37,671 nucleotides of DNA from Thermodesulfobacteriota bacterium (lineage in GTDB: Bacteria; DASVDK01). Of the stretch, positions 26,483-35,336 are shown piece by piece (position 1 is the stretch's first letter; each line of letters opens with the position of its first letter). The notes beneath the pieces are model-generated. The model ran no database searches. It saw only the letters and a program-made list of their open reading frames with translations, and had not been told where the DNA came from. The DNA lies in assembly GCA_036381125.1 (NCBI GenBank), contig DASVDK010000198.1, positions 1-37,671 of the forward strand, read 5' to 3'. The translations under genes and the position numbers were made by a program.

Positions 26483-27393
26483 CCACGCTGCGAAGTCTTG
26501 TCACGACCAACGTATTCACCTCGGCGAGCCTGGTCGGACGGCGACACGACCTGACGCCCGTAGTCCTGGTCCTTCCGGCAATCGCCGTCCTCGCCGCACT
26601 CTTCGTCCTGCCGCTCGCGTCCGCCTTCGTGATGAGCTTTCACCAGCACCATCCGGTGCTCGGCCTCCGGACCGAGGTCTTCACGCTCGCAAACTACGCC
26701 AGGCTCGGCGATTCGTACCACCTGGGCGTGTTCCTCAGGACGATCAAGATCAGCGGGCTCGTGACGGCGATCTGTTTGATCGTCGGGTATCCAATCGCGT
26801 ATTTCTGCTCGACGTTACCCCGTCGTGCACAGGCCGTCGTCATCCTCGGGTATCTCTCGCCCTGGCTCGTCAGCGTGGTGATCAAGGCGTACGGCTGGAT
26901 GGTGCTCCTGGCAGAGAACGGTATCGTCAACGGCCTGCTGCTTCGCCTCGGCCTGGTGGACGAGCCGATCCGGTTTCTCTATTCGGAGTTTGCGATCGCG
27001 CTCGGACTGGCTCATGCGTACCTGGTGTTTGCAATCCTCCCGATCTTCACGTCGCTCGTCGCCATTGACCGGAGACTCCTTCAGGCGGCCCGCAATCTCG
27101 GCGGAACACGGCTACAGGTCTTTCGGAGCGTCGTGCTCCCGCTCAGCCTGCCGGGCGTGGTTGCGGGCACCCTGCTCGTGTTCACCCTCACGATGGCGGC
27201 CTTTGCAACCCCTGCGCTTCTCGGGGGCGGTCGAGTCAAGGTGGTCTCCTATCTTGCATACGAGCAGGCGCTCCACCTGTTGAACTGGCCGCTCGCGGCG
27301 GCGATCGGCTTCGTCCTCATGCTCGTCACCGGTCTCGTCGTGTTCTCGTACCAGCGAATGAGCAGCCGCTTGCTGCGCGGCGTGGCGGGATAA
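26479..27393 (+). CDS. ABC transporter permease, PotB-like
   Basis: TLANY, GYPIAY, VIKAYGW, LLQAARNLGG..VFRSVVLPLSLPG, TPALLGG; ATGA overlap with the ATPase stop. Confidence 0.88.
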   Translation: MTTLRSLVTTNVFTSASLVGRRHDLTPVVLVLPAIAVLAALFVLPLASAFVMSFHQHHPVLGLRTEVFTLANYARLGDSYHLGVFLRTIKISGLVTAICLIVGYPIAYFCSTLPRRAQAVVILGYLSPWLVSVVIKAYGWMVLLAENGIVNGLLLRLGLVDEPIRFLYSEFAIALGLAHAYLVFAILPIFTSLVAIDRRLLQAARNLGGTRLQVFRSVVLPLSLPGVVAGTLLVFTLTMAAFATPALLGGGRVKVVSYLAYEQALHLLNWPLAAAIGFVLMLVTGLVVFSYQRMSSRLLRGVAG

Positions 27394-27397
27394 CGGG

Positions 27398-28222
27398 ATG
27401 GCAGCGAAGGCTCCACGCGCAACGACCTCGTGGCGGCAGTACATGTCACCACTGGCCATCTTCAACTGGTTGGTCTTGCTGGCGGTCCTCGCGCCGCTGC
27501 TCGTGGTCGCGTACGTGTCGTTCACGCCGTCGAATTTCCTCGAATTGCCAGCGCCGACGCAACTCTCGCTCCGCTGGTACGGCGAGATCTTTCGGCGCGG
27601 CGGTTTCGTCGACGCTTTCGCGACGAGCGTCGTACTCGGCCTGACGGCCACTGCGGTGTCGGTGACGATCGGCACACTGGCTGCGTACGCGATCAGCCGC
27701 TATCAGTTTCCCGGCCGCGAGCTGATCGATACGCTCGTGATGGCGCCTTTGATGGTGCCGGGAGTCATTCTCGGCCTGTTCTTGCTGATCTTCCTGGTGA
27801 ACCTGCGCATGACGGGCAGCTTTCTCGGCCTTCTGGCTGCGCACGTGCTCCTGACCGTGCCGTACGCGGCCCGGACGGTTCGCGCGAGCCTCCGCGACGT
27901 CGACAGGAGCCTCGAGCGGGCGGCCCGAAACCTCGGCGCGCCGGGGTGGCGCGCGTTCGTCCTGGTGACGCTTCCCCTGATCAAGCCGGGCGTTCTGGCA
28001 GGGGCGATCTTCGCCTTCCTGATGTCCTTCGACAACCTGACGGTCTCGATCTTTCTCACCGATCGCCGGTTGATGACGCTCCCGGTCCGCATGTATCACT
28101 ACATCGTCGACATCACCGATCCCGTGATCGCTGCGGTGTCGACAATCCTTCTCGTTGTGTCGCTCGTGCTCGTGCTGTTTCTCGAGCGACTGTTCGGCTT
28201 GAAGAGACTCTTCGAGGCCTAG
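27398..28222 (+). CDS. ABC transporter permease, PotC-like
   Basis: SLRWY, PLMVPGVILG, LERAARNLGA...VTLPLIKPG, FLMSFD, TLPV. Confidence 0.9.
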   Translation: MAAKAPRATTSWRQYMSPLAIFNWLVLLAVLAPLLVVAYVSFTPSNFLELPAPTQLSLRWYGEIFRRGGFVDAFATSVVLGLTATAVSVTIGTLAAYAISRYQFPGRELIDTLVMAPLMVPGVILGLFLLIFLVNLRMTGSFLGLLAAHVLLTVPYAARTVRASLRDVDRSLERAARNLGAPGWRAFVLVTLPLIKPGVLAGAIFAFLMSFDNLTVSIFLTDRRLMTLPVRMYHYIVDITDPVIAAVSTILLVVSLVLVLFLERLFGLKRLFEA

Positions 28223-28226
28223 GGAA

Positions 28227-29474
28227 ATGAGGATGGGACAGGTCAGCCTGTGGAATGGGGAGACGAGGCCGATTGCGGCCGCCGTCGACCGCTCGCGCGT
28301 CGTCTCGTTCCTCTCGGAGACGGCCCGCATCAAGAGCTACAGCGGCGACGAGCGGGACATCGCCCGCTTCATGGCCGAGCGGATGCGCGGCCTCGGCCTC
28401 GAGGTGGCGCTCCAGGAGGTCCGCCCGAACCGCTTCAACGCGATCGGCGTCTGGCGGGGGGCCGGGGGCGGGCCTTCCTTCATGTTCAACGGGCACATGG
28501 ACACGAACCCGGCCGGCATGGGGTGGACGAAGGACCCGCTCGGCGGGGTGGTCGACCGCCGCTTCGTCTACGGCATCGGCGTCTCGAACATGAAGGCCGC
28601 CAACGCGGCGGCCTTCCACGCGGTCGAGGCGCTCAAGGCCTCGGGCTTCGTGCCGGCGGGGGACCTGATCCTCGCCTACGTCGTCGGCGAACTGCAGGGC
28701 GGCATCGGGACGTTGAAGCTCATCGAGAGCGGCGTCCGGGCCGACGCGTTCGTCGTCGGCGAGCCGACCGACCTCTCGGCCGTCACCTGCCACGCGGCGA
28801 GCTTCGTCTTCCGCATCCACACCTTCGGCAAGACGCGCCACCTCTCGAAGCGCGAGGAGGGGGTGGATGCGATCGAGAAGATGCTGAAGGTCCTCGCACG
28901 GCTCAAGCGGATGACCTTCAACGGCGCGAAGACCGCGCGCGACCGGGGGATCAACCGGATCAATGTCGGCGTCATGCGCGCGGGGGTGTCGCGCGAGTAC
29001 CACGAGTGGCGGGCGGCGCAGCTCGCCGACGTGTGCACGATCAAGGCGGCGGGGCGGATCGCCCCGGGCCAGACGCTCGAGGGGGCGATGGCCGACCTGC
29101 GGCGGATGCTCCGCGACCTCGGCCGAGAGGACCGGGACTTTCGCGCCGAGGTGGAGCTGGTCGACGACGAGCGGGTCTACATGCCCCCCTTCGAGGTCGA
29201 CCCGTCGGCCCCGGTCGTCCGGGCGCTCGCGGCGGCCCACCGCGAGGTCACGGGGACGAGGCCGAAGATCGGGGCGGTGGCGCCCTACAAGTTCTACGGC
29301 TCGGACGCGGCGCACCTCGCGCAGGCCGGCATGCAGGGCCTCGTCTACGGCCCGGGGGGCAAGTACAACACGATGCCCGACGAGCGGGTCGACATCGCGG
29401 ACCTCGTGAACGCGGCGAAGGTCTACGCGCTCACGATGGCCCGGATGACGGCCCCGGGCGCCCTGGCGCGGTAG
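28227..29474 (+). CDS. M20-family (ArgE/DapE-like) metallohydrolase with atypical metal ligands
   Basis: FNGHMDT, YGIGVSNMK, VVGELQGG, VGEPT, GSDAAHL, YGPG...PDERV. Confidence 0.85.
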   Translation: MRMGQVSLWNGETRPIAAAVDRSRVVSFLSETARIKSYSGDERDIARFMAERMRGLGLEVALQEVRPNRFNAIGVWRGAGGGPSFMFNGHMDTNPAGMGWTKDPLGGVVDRRFVYGIGVSNMKAANAAAFHAVEALKASGFVPAGDLILAYVVGELQGGIGTLKLIESGVRADAFVVGEPTDLSAVTCHAASFVFRIHTFGKTRHLSKREEGVDAIEKMLKVLARLKRMTFNGAKTARDRGINRINVGVMRAGVSREYHEWRAAQLADVCTIKAAGRIAPGQTLEGAMADLRRMLRDLGREDRDFRAEVELVDDERVYMPPFEVDPSAPVVRALAAAHREVTGTRPKIGAVAPYKFYGSDAAHLAQAGMQGLVYGPGGKYNTMPDERVDIADLVNAAKVYALTMARMTAPGALAR

Positions 29475-29480
29475 GCCGCC

Positions 29481-30158
29481 ATGACGGTGGGCCGCATCGT
29501 CAGACCGGAGCCGATGTCGCGGCAGGTCTGCCGCGAGATCCGCGAGGCGATTCTCAGGGGCCGCATCCCGCCCGGTCAGCAGCTCGTCGAGGCGGAGCTG
29601 GCCAGGAGCCTCGGCACGAGCCGCACGCCGGTCCGCGAGGCGATCCTCTTCCTCCAGGCCGAGGGGCTCGTCGAGCCGCTCGCGGGCGGCGGCGTCGCCG
29701 TCAAGGACATCCGGCGGGAGCTCGAGGACATCGTCGGCGTCCGCGAGGCGCTCGAGGTGTACGCCGTGCGGCGCGCGGTCGAGCGGATCGGACCGGAGGC
29801 GATCGCGAGGCTCGAGGCGAACTGCGACGAGTTCGGCGCCCTGCCGCTCAAGGCGGTCGAGCGGCGGGCGCGCCTCAACCGGGAGTTCCACGAGACGCTC
29901 GTCGGCGCCTCCGGCAACGCGCGGCTCCTCAAGATCCTGAGCGACCACCACGAGTACTTCCTCGTGGCCTCCCGCCTCTACGACGAGGAGACGGTGCGCC
30001 GCTCGGCCCCGGAGCACCGGGAGATCCTCGAGGCGGTCAAGGCGAGGGACGCCGCCCGGGCCGAGGCGCTGCTGCGCGCGCACATCACCGGCGCGGCGGC
30101 GTCGATCATCGACGGGGCCGGCCGGCCGGCCGGCGGCAGGCGGGAGAGGATGGGCTGA
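29481..30158 (+). CDS. GntR-family regulator, FadR/FCD subfamily
   Basis: IREAILRG.IPPGQQLVEAELA.SLGTSRTPVREA HTH; FCD motifs REALE, NREFH, GNARL, EHREILEA. Confidence 0.92.
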   Translation: MTVGRIVRPEPMSRQVCREIREAILRGRIPPGQQLVEAELARSLGTSRTPVREAILFLQAEGLVEPLAGGGVAVKDIRRELEDIVGVREALEVYAVRRAVERIGPEAIARLEANCDEFGALPLKAVERRARLNREFHETLVGASGNARLLKILSDHHEYFLVASRLYDEETVRRSAPEHREILEAVKARDAARAEALLRAHITGAAASIIDGAGRPAGGRRERMG

Positions 30159-31330
30159 TGCTGATCCGCTGCGAACTCCTCATCGACGGCGTCTCGACGG
30201 AGCCGAAGCGCCGGGCCTCCGTCCGGGTCGAGGGGGCGAACATCGCCGCCGTGGGCGAGGACCTCGCGCCGGCCCCGGGCGAGCCGGTCCTCGACCTCGG
30301 CGGGTGCACGGTGGTGCCCGGCTTCGTCGACTGCCACGACCATCTCGGCTTCGACGCGGGCGAGCCGAAGGACCGGCTCACCGCCGAGCCCAACGAGTGG
30401 GTCATGGCGAAGATGGCGGCGCGCGCCCGATGGGCCCTCGAGGCGGGCGTGACGACGCTGCGCGACATGGGGGAGAAGAACCACGTCGACCTCCTCGCGC
30501 GCAGGGCGATCGCCGAGGGGCTCTTCCCCGGGCCGCGGCTCCTGGTGGCCGGCCGGAGCATGACGATGACCGGCGGGACGCAGAGCTGGTTCGAGGGGAC
30601 CGAGGTGGACGGTCCCGAGGAGATCCGCAAGCACGTCCGCCGCGAGGTGAAGGCCGGCGTCGACGTCCTCAAGATGTTCGCCACCGGCAGCGCGGCGACG
30701 CTCCGCGTCGACATGCAGCTCCCCTGCTTCACGAAGACCGACATGACGGTGGCGGCCGAGGAGGCGCACCGCGCCGGCAAGCGGCTCGGGGTCCACGCGC
30801 ACAGCCCCATCGCGGTGCGCTGGGCGGTCGAGGCGGGCGCGGACACGATCGAGCACGGCGTCTTCCTCGACGAGGAGGTCCTCGCCCTCATGGCCGAGCG
30901 CCGGGTGCCGCTGATCCTCACGTCCGGGTACTTCCAGGCGGCTGCGGCGCGGACGGACGTCCCCGAGTACATGCGCGACCGGTCGAAGGCGGCGCTCGAC
31001 CGCTACCTCCGGACGATGGCCGCAGCGCGGCGGCTCGGCGTGCCGGTCGCGGTCGGCACGGACGAGAACCACGGCCGGATCGACATGGAACTCGCCTTCA
31101 TGGTGAAGGCCGGCTACACGCCGCTCGAGGCGCTCCGGGCGGCGACGGCCGCCGGCGCGGCGGCGTGCGGCCTCGCGGACCGGACGGGCGCGGTCAGACC
31201 CGGCCTCGCGGCCGACCTGGTGGCGCTCGCGGAGAACCCCCTCGAGCGGGTGGAGGCGGTGGCCCGGGTCGTCCTCGTGATGAAGGACGGGGTCACCTGC
31301 GTCGACCGGACGCGGTCGGCAGGGAAGTGA
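30158..31330 (+). CDS. Amidohydrolase-superfamily metal-dependent hydrolase (prolidase/imidazolonepropionase-like)
   Basis: PGFVDCHDH, GVTTLRDMG, GVDVLKMFATG, VHAH, IEHG, VGTD, G..ADLV; TGATG overlap with the GntR gene. Confidence 0.9.
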   Translation: MLIRCELLIDGVSTEPKRRASVRVEGANIAAVGEDLAPAPGEPVLDLGGCTVVPGFVDCHDHLGFDAGEPKDRLTAEPNEWVMAKMAARARWALEAGVTTLRDMGEKNHVDLLARRAIAEGLFPGPRLLVAGRSMTMTGGTQSWFEGTEVDGPEEIRKHVRREVKAGVDVLKMFATGSAATLRVDMQLPCFTKTDMTVAAEEAHRAGKRLGVHAHSPIAVRWAVEAGADTIEHGVFLDEEVLALMAERRVPLILTSGYFQAAAARTDVPEYMRDRSKAALDRYLRTMAAARRLGVPVAVGTDENHGRIDMELAFMVKAGYTPLEALRAATAAGAAACGLADRTGAVRPGLAADLVALAENPLERVEAVARVVLVMKDGVTCVDRTRSAGK

Positions 31331-31343
31331 AGGAGAGGACGAT

Positions 31344-32372
31344 ATGCGACGACTCGTCCAGGGTGCGCTCGCGGGGCTGGTCGGCCTCGCGCTCGCCGCC
31401 GGCGCGGTCCGCCCGGCGGGGGCGGCGACGGAGATCGTGTTCCTCAGCTGGGGCGGTCTCTACCACGACATCTTCCGGCCGGTGGCCGACGACTTCGAGA
31501 AGGAGACCGGCATCAAGGTGACCTTCGCCGTGCAGTCCGGCGCGAAGGACGGCCTCAACAAGCTCATGGCTCAGCGCAACAACCCGCAGGTCGACGTCTG
31601 GGCCTCGATCGAGGGGACCGCCAGGGCGGCGGCCGAGGCGGGGCTCCTCTCGGAGCTGCGGGTCGAGCAGATCCCGAACCTCGCGGCGATCCCGAAGCAG
31701 TACCTGACGCCGACGGCGGCCGCCATCTGGCTCTCGCCGAGGGGGATCTTCTACCGGAAGGACCTCGTCCCGTTCGAGATCACGAAGTGGGAGGACCTCT
31801 GGGACCCGCGCCTCGAGGGGAAGGTCGGCACGAGCTTCGTCCTCGACACGGGGAACTTCCTCGTCATGGCGGCCCTCATCAACGGGGGGAGCGAGACGAA
31901 CGTCGAGCCCGGCTTCGAGAAGATGAAGCAGCTCAAGCCGAACCTCGCGCTCTTCTACAAGACCGACCCCGAGTCGATCAAGTTCCTCGAGGCGGGGGAG
32001 ATCGCGGTGGCCGGGTGGGGGATCCTGCCGAACGTGTACCGGCACCTCGGCCCCGGCTCGAAGTATCGGTTCGTGATGCCGGCGAAGCCCCAGTTCCTCG
32101 CCAACATCCCGGTCTCGATCGTCAAGGGCCGCGGCGCCGAGCAGGAGGCGGCCGCGCAGAAGTTCGTGAACTTCCTCCTGTCGAAGGGGGCGCAGGAGAA
32201 GATGGTGGCGGTCGCCGGGACGATCCCGGTCAACCCGGCCGCGAAGCCCCCCGACACCATCAAGGACATGATCCCGCCCCTCGAGCACGTCTACCAGGTC
32301 GACTGGGGCGTGGTGAACGCGAACTACAGCCGATGGGAAGACCGCTGGAATCGCGAGGTCCAGACCCGCTGA
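31344..32372 (+). CDS. ABC transporter substrate-binding protein, PotD-like
   Basis: Signal peptide; SWGG, FEKETGIKV, ITKWEDLWDPRLEGKV, AAQKFVNFLLS. Confidence 0.88.
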   Translation: MRRLVQGALAGLVGLALAAGAVRPAGAATEIVFLSWGGLYHDIFRPVADDFEKETGIKVTFAVQSGAKDGLNKLMAQRNNPQVDVWASIEGTARAAAEAGLLSELRVEQIPNLAAIPKQYLTPTAAAIWLSPRGIFYRKDLVPFEITKWEDLWDPRLEGKVGTSFVLDTGNFLVMAALINGGSETNVEPGFEKMKQLKPNLALFYKTDPESIKFLEAGEIAVAGWGILPNVYRHLGPGSKYRFVMPAKPQFLANIPVSIVKGRGAEQEAAAQKFVNFLLSKGAQEKMVAVAGTIPVNPAAKPPDTIKDMIPPLEHVYQVDWGVVNANYSRWEDRWNREVQTR

Positions 32373-33262
32373 TGGCCCCGGGAGCGGCCATGGGGACGGC
32401 GCCGGCGCGCCGTCCCCGCGGCCGGATGGGGCGGGCCGCCCTCCTCGCGGCCCCCGGCGTGGCGATCGTCCTCGCCTTCCTCGCCTGCCTCGCGGCGATG
32501 GTCTACTACAGCGTCCGCCCGAGCCTCGGGATGGCCCGCGTGGGCGACGGGCTGACGCTCGAGAACTACGCGCGCTTCCTCGGGGACGCCTACTACCTCG
32601 GCTACCTCTGGCGCTCGATCCGTGCCGCGGCCGTGAGCACGGTCGTCGCGGCGGTCCTCGGCTTCGCCGTCGCCTACTACATGAGCCGCTCGGGGCCGGT
32701 GGTCCGCCTCGTGACGAGCCTCGTGCTCGTCGTCCAGTTCTTCACGGCGTACGTCGTGCGGACGTACGCGCTCATGCTGATCCTCGGGCGCAACGGGGTC
32801 GTGAACCGGACGCTCCTGGCCCTGGGGCTCGTCGAGACGCCCTTGCCGCTCATGTACAACGAGCTCGGCGTCGTGATCGGCCTCGTGCTGGTCTCGATCC
32901 CGTTCATGGTCTTCCCGGTCTACTCGAGCCTGCTCGCGATCGAGGCGAACCTCGACGCCGCGGCCGAGTCGCTCGGGGCCGGGCCGCTCAGGCGCTTCTG
33001 GACCGTCACGGTGCCGCTCGCCCTGCCGGGCGTCGCGGCCGGGACGGTCGTCGTCTTCCTCTTCACGCTCACGGCCTACGTGATCCCCGGGCTCCTCGGC
33101 GGCGGCTACTTCGACATGATCGCCAACCTGATCTACGACAAGGCCATGGGGGCGCAGGACTACCCCTTCGCGGCCGCGTCGGCCATGGTGACCCTCGTCG
33201 TGACGGCGACGCTCGTCTACGGCCTCCAGCGCGCCTTCGCCGCGCGGATCCGGGGCGCCTGA
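32372..33262 (+). CDS. ABC transporter permease, PotB-like
   Basis: TLENYARF, VVRTYA, GVVN, LDAAAESLGAGPLRRFWTVTVPLALPG, IPGLLGG; alternative start at 32390. Confidence 0.88.
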   Translation: MAPGAAMGTAPARRPRGRMGRAALLAAPGVAIVLAFLACLAAMVYYSVRPSLGMARVGDGLTLENYARFLGDAYYLGYLWRSIRAAAVSTVVAAVLGFAVAYYMSRSGPVVRLVTSLVLVVQFFTAYVVRTYALMLILGRNGVVNRTLLALGLVETPLPLMYNELGVVIGLVLVSIPFMVFPVYSSLLAIEANLDAAAESLGAGPLRRFWTVTVPLALPGVAAGTVVVFLFTLTAYVIPGLLGGGYFDMIANLIYDKAMGAQDYPFAAASAMVTLVVTATLVYGLQRAFAARIRGA

Positions 33263-34059
33263 TGGCCCACCGGGTCGTCCGCCGCCACCCGGTCGCCGCG
33301 CCCGTGGCGCTGCTCGTCCTGGCCGTGCTCTGCCTGCCGCTCGTCGTGATGATCGGCGCGTCCTTCAACCCCGGCACCGAGCAGGTGTTCCCGCCGCGCG
33401 GCCTCTCGCTCCGGTGGTACGCCAACATCCTCGATCGGGACGGCTTCCTCCGGTCCTTCCAGCTCAGCGTGGCGCTCGGCCTCCTCTCGGCCCAGGTGAG
33501 CGTCGCGGCCGGCACCCTGGCCGCGCTGGCCCTCGTCCGCTACCGCTTCCCGGGGCGAGACGCGCTCCTGACGCTGCTCCTCTCGCCGCTCATCGTGCCG
33601 GGTGTCGTCATCGGCATGGCGTTCCTCGTCTCCTTCGCCGCGCTCGGCGTCTTCCGCTCGTTCCCGAGCCTGTTCGTCCTGCACGTCGTCATCACGCTTC
33701 CCTACGCCGTGCGCGTCGTCGTCGGGAGCCTGACCCGCTTCAAGGTCTCCCTCGAGGAGGCGGCGCGGGTGCTCGGGGCCCCGCCGTGGCGGGCCTTCCT
33801 CACGGTGACGCTGCCGGTCATCCGCACCGGGATGGTGGCGGCCGCGATCTTCGCGTTCGTCACGTCGTTCGACAACTTCACGGCGAGCCAGTTCCTCGTC
33901 TGGGACCGGAGCACGCTGCCGGTCGAGATCTACAGCTACGTGCGGACCGAGAACGACCCGACGGTGGCCGCTCTCTGCGCGCTGCTCGTCGCCGGGGTCT
34001 CCGTGGTCGTGGTCGTCCTCGACCGGTACGTGGGGATCGAGGCGTTCACGGGGCGCTAG
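33262..34059 (+). CDS. ABC transporter permease, PotC-like
   Basis: FPPRGLSLRWY, SPLIVPGVVIG, LEEAARVLGA, FVTSFD, TLPVEI. Confidence 0.9.
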   Translation: MAHRVVRRHPVAAPVALLVLAVLCLPLVVMIGASFNPGTEQVFPPRGLSLRWYANILDRDGFLRSFQLSVALGLLSAQVSVAAGTLAALALVRYRFPGRDALLTLLLSPLIVPGVVIGMAFLVSFAALGVFRSFPSLFVLHVVITLPYAVRVVVGSLTRFKVSLEEAARVLGAPPWRAFLTVTLPVIRTGMVAAAIFAFVTSFDNFTASQFLVWDRSTLPVEIYSYVRTENDPTVAALCALLVAGVSVVVVVLDRYVGIEAFTGR

Positions 34060-34067
34060 AGGAGGCG

Positions 34068-35165
34068 ATGGACGGGGTACGGATCGAGATCGAGGACCTC
34101 GGGGTCCGGTACCGAGACGTCCAGGCGGTCAGGGGCGTGTCGCTCGTCGTGGAGCCGTCGGAGTTCGTGGCGCTCCTGGGGCCCAGCGGCTGCGGCAAGA
34201 CCAGCCTCCTCAGGGCGATCGCCGGGTTCGTCGACTACGACGGGGAGATCCGGATCGGCGGGCGGGTCGTCGACGGCGTGCCGGCCCACCGGCGCGGCGT
34301 CGGCATGGTCTTCCAGGACTACGCCCTCTTCCCGCACAGGACCGTCCGGGAGAACATCGGCTACGGCCTCGCCATGCGCCGCACGCCGCGGGCCGAGGCC
34401 GTCGCGCGGGTGGACGAGATGGTCCGCCTCCTCAAGCTCCAGGGCCTCGAGGGGCGCTACCCGGGCCAGCTATCGGGCGGGCAGCAGCAGCGCGTCGCCC
34501 TGGCGCGGGCCATCGCGGTCAACCCGGCGGTGCTCCTGCTCGACGAGCCGCTCGGCGCCCTCGACCGGAAGCTGCGCGAGGAGATGCAGGTGGAGCTGCG
34601 CCAGCTCCAGAAGCGGGTCGGCATCACCGCGGTCTTCGTGACGCACGACCAGGAGGAGGCGCTCGCCCTCGCCGACCGGATCGCCGTCATGAACGGCGGA
34701 CGGATCGAGCAGGTGGCCGGACCGGTGGAGCTCTACGAGCGCCCGGTGAACCGGTTCGTGGCCGACTTCATCGGCCGGTCGAACCTCCTCGCCGCGACGG
34801 TCGTCGAAGCCGACGGACGGCGCGCGGTCTGCCGCGTCGGGGAGGCGGACCGCATCGTCCTCGTGGCCGACGGCGCGTGGACCCCCCTCGCGCCGGGCCG
34901 GACGCTGACCCTCGCGGCGCGCCCCGAGAAGCTCGCCCTCGCCCTCCCGCAGGAGGCGCCCGCCGGTCGCAACGCCCTCCACGGCGTCATCGAGCACGTC
35001 ACCTATCTCGGGATGATCACCGAGGTGCGCGTCCGCCTGGCGACCGGCGACATCCTCGACGTCGTCGAGCAGAACTCCACCGCCGACGGCCGCCGCGCCG
35101 CCCGGCACGTGGGCGACCGGGTGGCCGTGCACTGGAACCCGGCCGACACGGTCGTCGTTGATTGA
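34068..35165 (+). CDS. ABC transporter ATP-binding protein, PotA-like
   Basis: GPSGCGKT, MVFQDYALFPH, LSGGQQQR, LDEPLGALD, FVADFIG; AGGAGG RBS. Confidence 0.93.
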   Translation: MDGVRIEIEDLGVRYRDVQAVRGVSLVVEPSEFVALLGPSGCGKTSLLRAIAGFVDYDGEIRIGGRVVDGVPAHRRGVGMVFQDYALFPHRTVRENIGYGLAMRRTPRAEAVARVDEMVRLLKLQGLEGRYPGQLSGGQQQRVALARAIAVNPAVLLLDEPLGALDRKLREEMQVELRQLQKRVGITAVFVTHDQEEALALADRIAVMNGGRIEQVAGPVELYERPVNRFVADFIGRSNLLAATVVEADGRRAVCRVGEADRIVLVADGAWTPLAPGRTLTLAARPEKLALALPQEAPAGRNALHGVIEHVTYLGMITEVRVRLATGDILDVVEQNSTADGRRAARHVGDRVAVHWNPADTVVVD

Positions 35166-35190
35166 CTCGCCCCGATCAGGCTCGTCCCCC

Positions 35191-35336
35191 ATCCCCTTCG
35201 GTCGCATCTTCCGCACCTCGCCGAAGGGCGAGTGGGGCCTCGCGGCGGCCGCGCCTTCCGCCTCGCGGCCGACGGCCGCCTCGACCGGCTCGTCGCCAAC
35301 GCGCCGAGCCCCAACGGCATCACCCTCGGCACCGAA
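35191..35336 (+). pseudogene. Remnant of an SMP-30/gluconolactonase-family gene
   Basis: One frame gives IPFGRIFRTSPKGEW; a shifted frame gives GRAFRLAADGRLDRLVANAPSPNGITL. Both resemble non-adjacent blades of SMP-30/gluconolactonase proteins. Confidence 0.55.

Noticed and set aside
28250-31330. 1026-aa ORF and similar very long ORFs (4491-6764, 5366-7993, 9256-11673, 19414-21249, 22274-24049, 25480-27393)
   Set aside because: N-terminal extensions are Arg/Gly/Pro-rich off-frame read-through of neighbouring genes, caused by stop-codon scarcity in GC-rich DNA; only the C-terminal parts are real, so these are not fusions
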